A stretch of DNA of 63,891 nt, counting the filler, from Theionarchaea archaeon (GTDB taxonomy: Archaea; Methanobacteriota_B; Thermococci; Methanofastidiosales; SZ-28-30): the NCBI GenBank assembly GCA_018992565.1. It is 7 parts of 7 records of this genome, joined end to end, with 100 filler letters (N's around TTAATTAATTAA, not from the genome) between each part and the next. Parts side by side here need not be neighbours in the genome. Positions count along the whole stretch, not along the records: positions 1 to 16,499 come from JACVGW010000061.1; positions 16,600 to 32,914 come from JACVGW010000062.1; 5 more parts are not named here. The stretch is one strand, 5' to 3'. The notes beneath the pieces are model-generated. The model saw nothing but the letters and a program-made list of their open reading frames with translations. It was not told where the DNA came from and ran no database searches. A program made the position numbers and the translations under genes. Every line of letters begins with the position of its first letter. The stretch's first letter is position 1. Shown piece after piece: positions 10,347-21,590 of the stretch.

Positions 10347-10575
10347 TGGTTTGGAGAGAACTACAATGGGACGACAGTCATCTCAGCAAAACTAACATCA
10401 TCATCATAATATTCATGATTCAGCACGTCCTTCTGGGTCCGCAGAGCGAAGGGGAACCTTCTCACACCCTGCAAAATCATGCCCTCTGAATCCATATACT
10501 CATCCGACATCTTATAAGGGTGGTATGAGTAGTAGATACGATGTCATGTAGTATCTCCCTGAGGAATCAAGCAAG

Positions 10576-12297
10576 GTGTGGATGATGAAAAAAGGGCAGA
10601 CAATCAGAGTCACACAGATTGTCGTAGTAGGAATTCTCTTTGCCAGCTGCTGTGCTTTACAGGTTAGAGGCCAACCCCTGGCACTTTCTAGTGTGGTTCC
10701 CATGCGTGAGAGGGATGTCATAGTCACGGTATACTATCGTCCCGATGATGAGGAGTGGGCACAGGACATCTTTGACACTGCAGTGGAAGCACTGCCCATT
10801 CTCGAAGAGCTGGCTGGATTTCCCTATTCCCACAGGTATAATGTGGAAGTCTTCCCAAAAAGTGACCGGGAAATGGAAGGATTTGGGGGAAAAAACCTCA
10901 ATGAGAGAGGGATCTGGCTAAACAGAGACGTGTATACTCCAGAGTTAATAAAATATGGAAGTAATACTTTTCTAATACTGCACGAAATGGCACACTACTG
11001 GTCAGATGATGAAATCTATGCGAAACCGTGGCTGAAAGAGGGATTCTGTGAGCTTTTCGTCTTCCTTGTTCTCATGGAAATGGATAGAAAAGGGCTGGCT
11101 TCAACCAAGAAGAACGACTGGTCTCTGATAGTCTCCCGATACAAGACATTAGATTTTCCTCTGGACCAATTCGAATATGAACGTCAGGGGTCACAGAGCA
11201 GTAAGATCGACCTGGCCTACAGCAAATCCGCGTTATTCTGTTACGAGATCTACAAGACCTACGGTATTGAGACAATCCAGGAGATCAATAAATACATCTA
11301 CGATAACGGGATTGCAGCAGACAGCTTCACGTACATGAACCTTCTGGAAGATGTCACGGGAGAAGATCAAAAGGAATTCTTCCTGGGATGGATATTCCCT
11401 GAAGACCTTGACGTTGAAGAATGGAAGACTGCTGAGGATGCCATCAATGAGCTGGAAGAAGTGGCAGACCGCTCATGTTCGCAGGTAAGAGAGGCATATG
11501 GGGTTAACGCAGTAACAGACCTTACTGATTTTTGGCTGCACATTACCACTGAGATTGCGAGAGCGAAGTCCTGCATGAGAGACTATGACTTTGAGAAAGC
11601 TGCACGTATTTGCAGGGACGAGATTGAAAAGACAGAAGCAACACTCTCTGAATTCAACAGATATGCTGAGTGCTATCGTCAGGCAGAAGAGTACTATGCC
11701 TCATTGGATTCCGTAGTGAAGGACAATATCCCCAGGGATAAGCTGCTGGCCGCGCGATATAGGCTCCTTTCTCTTGAGTTTGACCTCTTTTCTCAGAAAC
11801 TGGAAGAGGCTTACACAGAATTGGAGACTGCAGAAATGTATCGGGATTTGTATTCTATCTGGTGTGCTGATGGGGAATGCGCGCTTCTCACCTGTGAAGA
11901 GATCTTTACGTTAAAGTCTCGTGAGGAGGCCACAGCTTTTATGAGAAGCATGGTGGCTGTTATGCAAGACTACATGGCGGCAGCAGAAAAGGTCGAGCAT
12001 GCAGGCCCTATTACTTCTCTTGGAATTCTTGTACGAGGGGGAGAGTCAGATATCAGGGGTAACCTGGAGCGTGCACAAGAAGAAATCAGGTGCGGGAATT
12101 CTGACACTGCCCGGTCCTATCTTGCTGCAATAGAAGAGAACCTCTCAATGGGCACGGTGTGCGGGGCAGGTGTCATCTGCATTGTTCTGATCAGTACAGC
12201 ATGTTCACTCTTCCTTGTATGGAAAAAGAGAAAAGCACCTCCAAAGAGAATGCAAGAGAATTTGTGTCCACCTGAAGGAATGCAGAAGAATTTATAA
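10576..12297 (+). CDS. Secreted, membrane-anchored gluzincin-like (M1-type) metallopeptidase domain protein
   Basis: Signal peptide; HEMAHYW followed by WLKEG; helical region; C-terminal TM plus basic tail. Confidence 0.65.
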   Translation: MWMMKKGQTIRVTQIVVVGILFASCCALQVRGQPLALSSVVPMRERDVIVTVYYRPDDEEWAQDIFDTAVEALPILEELAGFPYSHRYNVEVFPKSDREMEGFGGKNLNERGIWLNRDVYTPELIKYGSNTFLILHEMAHYWSDDEIYAKPWLKEGFCELFVFLVLMEMDRKGLASTKKNDWSLIVSRYKTLDFPLDQFEYERQGSQSSKIDLAYSKSALFCYEIYKTYGIETIQEINKYIYDNGIAADSFTYMNLLEDVTGEDQKEFFLGWIFPEDLDVEEWKTAEDAINELEEVADRSCSQVREAYGVNAVTDLTDFWLHITTEIARAKSCMRDYDFEKAARICRDEIEKTEATLSEFNRYAECYRQAEEYYASLDSVVKDNIPRDKLLAARYRLLSLEFDLFSQKLEEAYTELETAEMYRDLYSIWCADGECALLTCEEIFTLKSREEATAFMRSMVAVMQDYMAAAEKVEHAGPITSLGILVRGGESDIRGNLERAQEEIRCGNSDTARSYLAAIEENLSMGTVCGAGVICIVLISTACSLFLVWKKRKAPPKRMQENLCPPEGMQKNL

Positions 12298-12320
12298 GCA
12301 GTTGAGAAAAAGAGAGTCTA

Positions 12321-13097
12321 ATGACTACTGTAATACACACTGTCAACTTGTCAAAACACTACAGCAAAGGAGAGATCAAAGCGGTGGACGATCTGAATCT
12401 TGATGTCCGGGAAGGGGAGACTTTTGGGCTGCTTGGTCCCAATGGTGCGGGGAAAACCACGACTGTCAACCTCCTGAACTGCATTGTCAAGCCTACCAGC
12501 GGTACTGCCTCCGTCATGGGATATGACATCATCAAGGAGAGCATGGAAGTCAAGCGGGTGACAGGACTGCTGGCAGAGTCACCAGGGCTGTTCGAGAAAC
12601 TGAGCGCATATGAGTTCCTGGAGTTCATGGGTGCTTTGTATGATGTTGATCAGAGTATTCTTCCAGATCGAATTGATGAATTGCTCAATTTATTCGAACT
12701 CTATGAAAGAAGGAACCAGCTCCTTGAGGGATACAGCAGAGGCATGAAACAGAAGATCCTCATTGCAGCAGCAGTAATCCATGACCCCCCTCTATTGTTT
12801 CTGGATGAGCCCACCTCCACGCTGGATCCACGGGCTGCCTTGATGGTTAAGGATTTGATAAAGGGATTGGCAGAAAAGGCAGGGAGGACTGTTTTCATCT
12901 GCAGTCACATTCTCCCAATCGTGGAAGAGCTCTGTGATAGGATTGGGATTATCAGCCGGGGATCTATGATTGCTCAGGGAGCAGTCGAGGACATCATTTC
13001 CGGGACTGAAACAACAACCCTGGAAGAGGCATTCATGGCCCTCACGGGTGGTGTAGAAGAGAAGGAACTCCTGGCCTGGAGGGAAGCACAGAGATGA
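12321..13097 (+). CDS. ABC-2 type transporter ATP-binding protein
   Basis: GPNGAGKTT, YSRGM signature, LDEPT, SH switch. Confidence 0.95.
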   Translation: MTTVIHTVNLSKHYSKGEIKAVDDLNLDVREGETFGLLGPNGAGKTTTVNLLNCIVKPTSGTASVMGYDIIKESMEVKRVTGLLAESPGLFEKLSAYEFLEFMGALYDVDQSILPDRIDELLNLFELYERRNQLLEGYSRGMKQKILIAAAVIHDPPLLFLDEPTSTLDPRAALMVKDLIKGLAEKAGRTVFICSHILPIVEELCDRIGIISRGSMIAQGAVEDIISGTETTTLEEAFMALTGGVEEKELLAWREAQR

Positions 13098-14695
13098 AGT
13101 ACAAATGGCTCCTGGTAGCTAAGAACGAGTATTTCATTCGTACCAGTCCCATAAGACAGATACGGCCGGCTTTTCCTTTTATTGTTGTTGCTCTCCTGGT
13201 TGTGTATGTGTTGTATATTGCGCCTGCTCTTGTAGGATTCTTTGCAGATGAGATTCTTGCTCTCTTCCTTTCCAGGATAGCTCTTGCCATGACGGAGATC
13301 ATTCTGTTCACCATGTTTGCTTATTTTATGGTCATTCCCATTACCAGTTCTCTTAGAGAGCAGGAATTGTGGCAGGTCGAAACGTACCTTTCAGCTCCAG
13401 TACGATCTAGCGATGTTCTGCTGGGCCAATTTCTTGGGGGAATCCCTCTTTATGGAATATTCGTCACAGTCATTGCAGGATTCTTTGCCGCAATTCTTGC
13501 CCCCCTGGGACTCAGTGCAGTTCAGATGCTGATTGTAATTGTTGTCTTTGTAGTAGTCTATCTATCTGCTCTGTGGATTGGCACAGTCTTATCAGCGGCT
13601 TTGAGAACACGGTTGAGTAAGACCTCCCGGGGAAAGGATATTGGTAGAGCTCTGGGGATGATCCTGGCGTTGCCTATTCTTGCCTTGTTTTACGCCATAA
13701 TGTTCGGGGGCCTCCTGGAAACGCTGGCTGATCCTTCAGCATCAGGACTGGTGAAGACCCTCTTGGGATGGCTTCCCAGTTCCTGGGGTGCTGAAATAAT
13801 CGTGGCATGTGCTGCCAACCCCGGGAATGTGTCAGCCTGCGGTATGGACATGGGGTTGCGGCTAGCTGGACTTGTGCTATTCTTCGTGGGAATTCTCTAC
13901 ATAGGTACTCGTGTAGCGGGTCGTGTGTACAGTCTGGAGATCAGTTCCTTCATCGGCTCACAGGCCAAGCCAGATGGCGTTTTCTACAAGACGGTAGGGG
14001 TTCTATCAGGCGGTGGATCATTCGGTAGGGTAGTGACATCTCTGTTCAAAGACTATAGCAGGAGACTGGAAAATATCTCAGGAATAACGTACATGCTGGG
14101 TCTGCTCTTTTTGATGATTCTCTTTATTGCACCTCAATCAGGTGGATCTGATGATCCTCCAGGAGGTCTCCTCTTTCTGGAGTTCATTTTTCCAATAATC
14201 GTGGTAATGGTTACAGGAGAAGTCACTGTACGAGGTAAACAGAGCCTGTTCCTGTTTAGGAAGACGCCTCATGGCGAAACCGGGTTCATCAAGGCGATGC
14301 TGGTTAAAAGCTGGTTATTGGCCGTCCCGATAGTCGGCATAGTAACGGCAGTAGTGGCTTTCTTCACGTTGAAGAGTGGCGTGGGATTGCTCCTGGCGGT
14401 AGTTGCTATGATGGTGGTGTATGTTGCAGGATATGTGGTTTTTGTCCTTGGATTGTTTCTCTTGAATCCAGCCTTTTCAGAAAAGTCGGTAGTACTGTGG
14501 GTCAATATTGTTGTGGCTGTCTTCTTTTCTATCGGATTGTTTGTGATATCACTGGTGGTGCTGACGAAGGGTGGACAGATTTCAGACCCTGCAGGTGGGT
14601 TGCCTGCTGTCTTTCTTTTTCAGGGCGTGATGTGCTGGCTGATAGGATGGGCTCTCCTATATGTCGGAAAAGCACGATTTGAGAGAATTGAGTAG
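13094..14695 (+). CDS. ABC-2 type permease (two-repeat, multi-TM)
   Basis: About 12 TM segments; ATGA overlap with the ATPase gene. Confidence 0.75.
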   Translation: MKYKWLLVAKNEYFIRTSPIRQIRPAFPFIVVALLVVYVLYIAPALVGFFADEILALFLSRIALAMTEIILFTMFAYFMVIPITSSLREQELWQVETYLSAPVRSSDVLLGQFLGGIPLYGIFVTVIAGFFAAILAPLGLSAVQMLIVIVVFVVVYLSALWIGTVLSAALRTRLSKTSRGKDIGRALGMILALPILALFYAIMFGGLLETLADPSASGLVKTLLGWLPSSWGAEIIVACAANPGNVSACGMDMGLRLAGLVLFFVGILYIGTRVAGRVYSLEISSFIGSQAKPDGVFYKTVGVLSGGGSFGRVVTSLFKDYSRRLENISGITYMLGLLFLMILFIAPQSGGSDDPPGGLLFLEFIFPIIVVMVTGEVTVRGKQSLFLFRKTPHGETGFIKAMLVKSWLLAVPIVGIVTAVVAFFTLKSGVGLLLAVVAMMVVYVAGYVVFVLGLFLLNPAFSEKSVVLWVNIVVAVFFSIGLFVISLVVLTKGGQISDPAGGLPAVFLFQGVMCWLIGWALLYVGKARFERIE

Positions 14696-14773
14696 AAAGT
14701 ACTATGGAAATAGAACTGAAGGAGTGCCAGAAACATTGTATGGTGAAATTGAAAAAATGAAGAAAAGAAAGAA

Positions 14774-16499
14774 TTAAAATCCAAGCATTTCCATTAAGGT
14801 CTCCATGAGTTCTCTGTATGCTTTGTTCCTTTGATGGCTCCAGTGAATTGAAGCGATGTAGTTCTGCTCGCTGTAGTATTGTTCAGAGTTCGAACAGCAC
14901 TCTCTTACATAAGGCAGCAGCTCCTGGACTCTTTCCCATTTCTCAGGGTACTCTTTGTCCAGCCCTCTTCCCAATACCAGATCGATTAGGTGCTGTACTA
15001 CATCCTCAAAAGCCTGGCAGCAGGGAGTTCTCTGATTGACTTCCAATGTGGGGTCCTTGCTCCTGATCTGTTCGATGAGGTCTTTGAGTTCTTCGTAGCA
15101 ATTACTCTTGAGATAGTATGCCAGAGGCTGGTAAGACAGACTTGGTTGGTACGGCGTGTTAGGTGTCGATACGGTGACAATTACAGATCCGTCATCTGAG
15201 ACTGGTGGCAGGCCGGGAGGCGTTCCGGTAGCAACGACTACGTTGCGCGAGGCAGGCTCCAACCCATTGAAGATGGCAGCAAAGGTAATGACCCGAACAT
15301 CTCCAGGGTTTAGGGGGCCGGGAATGTTCCAGGTTATGGTTGTGGTGCCGTCAGGGGTATTTGTCACTGAAACTGGGGGAATACTTGCCGCATTCGCGTA
15401 ACTCAGTCCAAGAGGAAGATTATCCGTTACCAGTACCGGGGCCAAGGGCAGCTGCCCAGTATTGGTAACCGTGATGGTGAAGGTTAATACATCTCCTTCT
15501 TGGGCTACCTTGGGGTAGACTGACTTCGTGACATCTATTGAGGGGGTCAAATGTGCCACTGATACAGTAATTGTCGAAGATTGCTGATCGTCTTCCTGAG
15601 GATTATCATTGTCAGGTGTGGAATCAGGGTCATAGCAATCACTTGCATTGACCTGGGCGATATTAGTGATTGTACCTGTTCCGGTGACTTGGGCTGTGAT
15701 TTGCAGAGTAGCAGAAGCTCCATTGACAATTGTGCCAACTGTCCAGATGCCGGTCACATTGCTGTAGGTTCCCTGACTGGGAGTATCTGAGACATAACTC
15801 AGCCCTGCGGGCAAGACGTCTTCCACCAAGACGTTCGTGGCTGTGTCTGGTCCATCGTTGTATACTGTGATGGTGAAGGTTATGGTATCTCCTGGATCGG
15901 GTGTGGAATCATTGACTGTCTTCTCGAGTCGTAGATCTGCTTCCTGTGCTGCTATTGTTTCTGAGTCTTCATCGTCTTCACTCTGGTCTCCATCATCATT
16001 GTTGGGCGTTGAATCAGGATCATACTGATCTGATGCTGTCACTTGAGCAACATTCTTGTATGTACCTGTAGCCTGTACCACTACCTGGAAGGTCAGACTC
16101 ACATTACTACCATTGGCCAGACTGCTAATGGTCCAGGTCAATGTAGGAGCGCTTGAATCATCTCTTGAATCTCCGCCTGCTATGCTGCTGGATACGTAGG
16201 TGTATCCGCTGGGTATCACATCTTCCACTGTCACATTGGTTGCTGCATCTGGTCCATCGTTGTACACCGTGATGGTGAAGGTTATAGTATCTCCCACATT
16301 CGGATTGGAATCATTGACTGATTTCACAATTCGTAGATCTGCTTCCTGTGCTGCTATTGTTTCTGAGTCTTCATCGTCTTCACTCTGGTCTCCATCATCA
16401 TTGTTGGGCGTTGAATCAGGATCATACTGATCTGATGCTGTCACTTGAGCAACATTCTTGTATGTACCTGTAGCCTGTACCACTACCTGGAAGGTCAGA
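14774..16499 (-). CDS. DUF11 (Ig-like) repeat surface protein, 5-prime truncated by contig end
   Basis: Repeated ADL.I.K.V....GDTITFTITV.N.GPD.A.NV.V.D and DPDSTPNN modules. Confidence 0.85.
15929..16499. repeat. Intragenic tandem repeat, 402-bp period
   Basis: 15929-16097 is identical to 16331-16499 and runs into the assembly break. Confidence 0.9.
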
Positions 16500-16599
16500 N
16501 NNNNNNNNNNNNNNNNNNNNNNNNNNNNNNNNNNNNNNNNNNNTTAATTAATTAANNNNNNNNNNNNNNNNNNNNNNNNNNNNNNNNNNNNNNNNNNNN
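16500..16599. other. Artificial scaffold linker N-TTAATTAATTAA-N (also near 32960, 36950, 53365, 57325, 61275)
   Basis: Identical stop-in-all-frames 12-mer flanked by N runs. Confidence 0.97.
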
Positions 16600-16844
16600 T
16601 CTTCCTCGTTTGATAAATAGATTTTGAAACATTCTGATGTAACAAAGGTACCTCCATGGAGAAAGCCCCTTGTCGGGAAAGACACGAGTGCCCGTGTCCC
16701 CTTCCTTACTGCAGTCCTCTCGGAACTAACAGAGGTTGGACAGCAGATCTCATCAATCCAGGAAGAGAAAGTAACAACACTGAGGAGAGATTAGGTTCGT
16801 ATGATGATCTAGCGGGTCATGAATGGCTGGAATTGCTGACAGTA

Positions 16845-18773
16845 CTACAGTATGCCCAGAATCCTGTTCACCTGGTTTTCTTCGATCCAGTCAGTTACAA
16901 CCTGTTCCAGGATCTGTATGGGCATTGGACCATGACCCAAGATCATGTTGTGAAACTCCTTAATGTCAAACGTGTCACCAAGCCGATCCATCGCTCGCTG
17001 GCGCAGCTCCAGGATTTTGAGCATACCAATATTGTATCCACAGGCCTGTCCAGGTATAGCAGTGATTTGTGCCAGTCTGTTTTGGCTGTACTGAGAACCT
17101 GTTGCCTCCTCAAGGTAATCAATGGCTTCTCCGATAGTCCACCCTCTGGCGTGTATACCCGTATCCACTACCAGGCGGGCAGTGCGATGCAGGCGAAGCC
17201 TCAGCCGCCCAAGGTTGCCCAGGGAGTCATCCCCGTAAAGGCCCATTTCTGAAGCCAACCCTTCAGCATACAAAGCCCAGCCCTCAGTATATGCCTCAAA
17301 AGTTACCTGCTGCCTGTAAAAATTGTAAATGATGTCTCTTCTGAAGCTGGTAGGAAGGTCCAATTCCTGGGCGAGGGCAATCTGTACATGATGCCCCGGG
17401 ATGGTTTCATGATGAGTTAAAACAGTGGGGTTGTAGAAAATGAATTGTGCTGAGTTGGCAAGGTTGACAACCATCTGGCCAGGACCTGAACCATCTTTAG
17501 GTGGCGCCTCATAGTAAGCAGGGGGAGCCACCGGATCATAGGTAACGATGACCTGTGCTTTGGGGCGCAAGTCAAAATACTCTTCCATGGCCTTATCAGC
17601 TTCTGCAATGAGCCTCTGATATTCCTTCCTTAAGGGTTCCCCCTGAAGGTAATCAGTATCTGCAGAAAAGAGTTGATCCAGTTCAGCCATAGTGATATCT
17701 TCCGGGTAACCTAGTTCAGTTGCAGTTGTGCGCATCTCTGCCTGAATACGAGCCACCTCGACGAGTCCCAGTTCATGGACTTGATCTGGACTGTAATCTG
17801 TGCCAGTCCAGTAACGCAAGATATAGGCATAATATGCCTCTCCTCCCGGTAAGGCTCCCACGCCTGGAGTATCTCCTGCAATACTCTCCAGATAGATCAA
17901 ATAATCTCTCAGTTCCATGAAGGAAGGAATAAATGTTTGCTCGATTTCAGCTAAAGCGGTGTTGAGCAGTGCGTATTCCTGCTCGTCAGTGACATCAATT
18001 TGCTCCAGCTTTTCGCGAAACAAAGTATACAAATAGGTAGCTTCCGCATCAGATGTGCCATCTTCCCGTTCTTGAAGAGAGAGCTCAACAAGGCTGATAG
18101 ACCTCTGCACCAAGAACTTTGGTGGGATAACCCCAGCCCTCTCCCGCAGGGTCAACTGCTCCATGAATTGTTCCATCCAGGTGTCTATCTGAGATAGTCG
18201 AGTAACATAGTTTCTGGCATCCTGCAGGTTGTTCATGGGCAGAGAGTCGAACAGACAATAGACGAGCCAGTACTCTGTATCCCACAGGCCTACAGAATTG
18301 ACAGGATAACCGTAATACATAAACTCGTGTCCGCGCACCAGGTCGTCGAGATACCATTCGTAGATATCGTATGATAATTGTTGTTCAGAAGGGAGAGAAC
18401 TGCGGTCGTAGCTCCGCAATAGGCCCAGGATAGCTGATTCCATCTGCTGGGTTTCGCGGATATAGGAGTCTGAGATACTGGTGAACTGGTCATACGTGTC
18501 GACACCATACTCATCACCGAGTCCATTATATATGAGCGTATCAGGATCTCTCAGCTGCAGCCACCGGAAGGATTCATCAAAAAACTCATCAATGGGCAGG
18601 CCTTCCAGTTGAGCTACAATATCGGCCACGGAAGATTCCTGTGCGGGAATCGGTTTCATAGCCTGTCCAATACACCCAAGTAACGCACACATTGAAATGC
18701 ATACAGCAGTCCCATACACAAGGGTTCTGGAACCCAATCTTCTGCTATTACCATCGGTGAGTACGATCTTCAT
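16845..18773 (-). CDS. DUF885 family lipoprotein (putative metallopeptidase)
   Basis: LLGC lipobox-like; HETIPGHHVQ, EGWALYAE, RLVVDTGIH. Confidence 0.9.
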   Translation of the reverse strand: MKIVLTDGNSRRLGSRTLVYGTAVCISMCALLGCIGQAMKPIPAQESSVADIVAQLEGLPIDEFFDESFRWLQLRDPDTLIYNGLGDEYGVDTYDQFTSISDSYIRETQQMESAILGLLRSYDRSSLPSEQQLSYDIYEWYLDDLVRGHEFMYYGYPVNSVGLWDTEYWLVYCLFDSLPMNNLQDARNYVTRLSQIDTWMEQFMEQLTLRERAGVIPPKFLVQRSISLVELSLQEREDGTSDAEATYLYTLFREKLEQIDVTDEQEYALLNTALAEIEQTFIPSFMELRDYLIYLESIAGDTPGVGALPGGEAYYAYILRYWTGTDYSPDQVHELGLVEVARIQAEMRTTATELGYPEDITMAELDQLFSADTDYLQGEPLRKEYQRLIAEADKAMEEYFDLRPKAQVIVTYDPVAPPAYYEAPPKDGSGPGQMVVNLANSAQFIFYNPTVLTHHETIPGHHVQIALAQELDLPTSFRRDIIYNFYRQQVTFEAYTEGWALYAEGLASEMGLYGDDSLGNLGRLRLRLHRTARLVVDTGIHARGWTIGEAIDYLEEATGSQYSQNRLAQITAIPGQACGYNIGMLKILELRQRAMDRLGDTFDIKEFHNMILGHGPMPIQILEQVVTDWIEENQVNRILGIL

Positions 18774-18938
18774 GGCGACATCTCCTCGCTGTTCTGCTAC
18801 TTCGTACATACTATACCTGGTAGTAGTTGTTACTAGAGTGGACCCTCCTTAAGTACCTTTCCATTGAGTACTCTTGCGCCACGCTCTCATAGTAAGGAGG
18901 CAGGGAGAAGGACATAGTCCAGAAAAATCCAGGTAACC

Positions 18939-19952
18939 TTATCCACCTTCTCTCACTGCAGTCACATTGACTCCTTCACTGGTAATCCTGGTATTGACGA
19001 ACTGCTGGCAGACCCAGATACTGGTTCTCGTGTGGTTGCTGATTTGAGATATGGAGACTTCCCCCCCTGCCAGAGCTAGATACGGAATAATCTGATCCCC
19101 CATGTGAACATCAAGAGCTGCTCCTGAGTCGATTTCCTTTTGTAAGAACGTTCCTGCCTCTCGACCCACCGTCTCTGCAGGCTTTCCCTTTTCTCCCAGA
19201 GAATCTGCTCCCAGTGCAGAATGCTCACATAAAGCCACTCCACACAGTGATGAACCGGGGTTCAATGTTTCTACATACCGGCTATTCGCTGAAACCGAAT
19301 AATCGGAAAAACACTTTTCAAATGCGTGATACTGCCTTTCTGCTACTCTTGCACTCCCCAGGAAAGAGGAAGCAATACTCACCACCTCAAGACCCCTCAC
19401 TGGACCTCTTTCTGTGAGATTCAATCCCATCTTCTGGTCCCAGGGGCGAATGACTGCTGTGACTTTTCCACCTCCCTTCGGATAGAATCCATGGTTATGC
19501 ACAGCAATCCGTACATGGGCATTCATTTTCTCCAAGATATTGCAGAATACTTTCTCAAAATAAGCTATAGAAGGGCTCCATTTCACATCCGTCCCTCCTG
19601 TGATAGTCAGTTTGACAGGATCAGTCGAAAAAAGACAAATAGGAGTCAAGACCTGCAGGATTAACGTTATAGAACCAGCAGTCCCGATCTTAACGGTGTA
19701 TTCACCGCCCGAAATATCATGAGGAACAAACTCTATACAGGTTGATCCGCTGTGAACCCCTCTTGTCTCAGCATGACAGATATCTGTAGCCGCCTGTATC
19801 CCCATCAAGTGCTGAGGTTTTAATCCAGGACTGGGACGGTTCGCTCTGATGTTGGTAATCCTGCAGGGAATTCCTGTAACAGCAGACAGAGCCACAGCAG
19901 TCCTGAGAATCTGTCCTCCACCTTCACCATGGCTGCCATCAATTTCAAGCAT
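18939..19952 (-). CDS. rtcA: RNA 3'-terminal phosphate cyclase
   Basis: IDGSHGEGGGQILR, GFYPKGGG, DVHMGDQ, HTRT. Confidence 0.95.
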   Translation of the reverse strand: MLEIDGSHGEGGGQILRTAVALSAVTGIPCRITNIRANRPSPGLKPQHLMGIQAATDICHAETRGVHSGSTCIEFVPHDISGGEYTVKIGTAGSITLILQVLTPICLFSTDPVKLTITGGTDVKWSPSIAYFEKVFCNILEKMNAHVRIAVHNHGFYPKGGGKVTAVIRPWDQKMGLNLTERGPVRGLEVVSIASSFLGSARVAERQYHAFEKCFSDYSVSANSRYVETLNPGSSLCGVALCEHSALGADSLGEKGKPAETVGREAGTFLQKEIDSGAALDVHMGDQIIPYLALAGGEVSISQISNHTRTSIWVCQQFVNTRITSEGVNVTAVREGG

Positions 19953-20069
19953 ACACTGACAACTCCATGAACATATAAAATGTTGCTCGAGGCCCGGTGA
20001 TGGGGACTCCTTCGCAGGCGCTGAGCTCACTCTCACGTAGTGTACACTGCAGCCTGCAGTACATAATCC

Positions 20070-21581
20070 TCATGAGGATTCAGCCCTTTTCACCACAGCC
20101 TGATTCGTGTCAAGAGTCTTCCACTCAATATCGTAGCCCAGGACTTTCAGGACTTTTTCATCCAGGTTATACTCTTTCAGAACGTTTCTTACGGATGGCA
20201 GCCGCATATCATCCAGAGCTGCCACTCTCATTCTGAGGTCATCCAGGACACTGTTCTTCACAAACAGGTCTCCCACCACCCTTCCCTCTTCACTGTTCTC
20301 CAGGACACGTTTGACTGCCTCTATTCCTACGTTCTGAGAGCGGGCAACGTCCCCCAGAGAGACAATCTCGCCTGTCAATTCCATCTCTCGTTCTGAAACT
20401 CTTTCTTCCTCTTCTCTCAGCTGTTCCTCCTCGATCTGTCTGATTCTATCCAAAATCGGTTTCATGGGAATCTGCTTGTCATAAAAGACCACATTGACAT
20501 TTTCCTTCTGTAAATCCTTTTTGGCACACTCCAGTTCTTTACTGACACAGAGGACCATTTCCTCCTCAAGTGCTTTCACCTTCTCAGTCTTCTTTTCCAG
20601 GTATTCTGGAGTCCAGAATCCTACAATCTCTATGTAAAACTTCTTTTCCCTCCTTTCCACACTGAAATCAGGAATCATTACTGTAACACCAGTCTGCAGG
20701 ATGGTGGGTTCCCGTTTTATGTCCCAGTCTTTTCTCAGAGAAGAGAAGCGTTTTAAGAAATCCTCTTCCACAGCACTATCAAAGCGCTCAACCAGGTCCG
20801 GAGTGTCAGGGAACAACTTCTGCTTGCTATCTGAAAGCTCACATATGTAGATTCGGGGTTCTCCTGTTACCATGGTTTCTATCTGAGCTCTGATCTTCCA
20901 GGAAGGTGCTCTCATAATATGTGGGAGTAATTTGGCCAGAGCAGTTCCATACTTCTTAGTTTTCCTGAACAGAGAGGCCGGACCAGTTACCGTGACAACT
21001 AAAGGATCATGTTCTGAATCCACCTCATACATTAGCCCCAGGTACTTGATCATCCTGAAAATGTTCTGATAATTCCCTGATGACGAAAATTGCAAAGATA
21101 TAGCATCAAATAACAGGGTTTGAGTCAGGGAAAGGTTGTAATACTTGACAAGGTCACCAGCAGAAATATCTTCAACGTCTGATATAATGTGAAATTCCTC
21201 CCGATCTGCCCAGAAGCTGCTCTCTATGTCCTCTACTGAAACTGAGAACTTGAGGGCGGCTTCTTCCAGTGCTAAAGATCGTTCTTCCTTGTTCACTGCG
21301 ATCCCTCTCTCATACAAGAAGGTACGCACCGTCCTGGGATCTGTTACATATAGTGGGGCAAAGGTGGTCCGCCTCCGCATGAGTTCTGATAGGCCTCGCA
21401 CTACCCGGAAATTGCTGTGGGTTTCCAGAGCAGCAGTCTCCTCATCAATTTCACCTTTGCTCTTCCCTTTTCTGTAGAAGGAGATTATTCTGGTTGCCAG
21501 GAGTAACTCGTCAGTGTGTATATACACAGGGGTGATATATGGTCTTCGCTTTCTGGTGACAAGTAGATCTTTGGAAAACAT
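20070..21581 (-). CDS. DUF790/Bax1 endonuclease
   Basis: GPASLF..T.KYG, FDSAVE, PD-(D/E)xK-like IPDF...IEIVGFWT; directly downstream of XPB. Confidence 0.88.
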   Translation of the reverse strand: MFSKDLLVTRKRRPYITPVYIHTDELLLATRIISFYRKGKSKGEIDEETAALETHSNFRVVRGLSELMRRRTTFAPLYVTDPRTVRTFLYERGIAVNKEERSLALEEAALKFSVSVEDIESSFWADREEFHIISDVEDISAGDLVKYYNLSLTQTLLFDAISLQFSSSGNYQNIFRMIKYLGLMYEVDSEHDPLVVTVTGPASLFRKTKKYGTALAKLLPHIMRAPSWKIRAQIETMVTGEPRIYICELSDSKQKLFPDTPDLVERFDSAVEEDFLKRFSSLRKDWDIKREPTILQTGVTVMIPDFSVERREKKFYIEIVGFWTPEYLEKKTEKVKALEEEMVLCVSKELECAKKDLQKENVNVVFYDKQIPMKPILDRIRQIEEEQLREEEERVSEREMELTGEIVSLGDVARSQNVGIEAVKRVLENSEEGRVVGDLFVKNSVLDDLRMRVAALDDMRLPSVRNVLKEYNLDEKVLKVLGYDIEWKTLDTNQAVVKRAESS

Positions 21582-21590
21582 GCGCCCACC

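Noticed and set aside
10361..10510. 49-aa minus-strand ORF convergent with lipB
   Set aside because: No motif or convincing expression signals; cannot be supported
16544..16555. Recurrent TTAATTAATTAA palindrome (six copies)
   Set aside because: Artificial contig linker inside N runs; not biological
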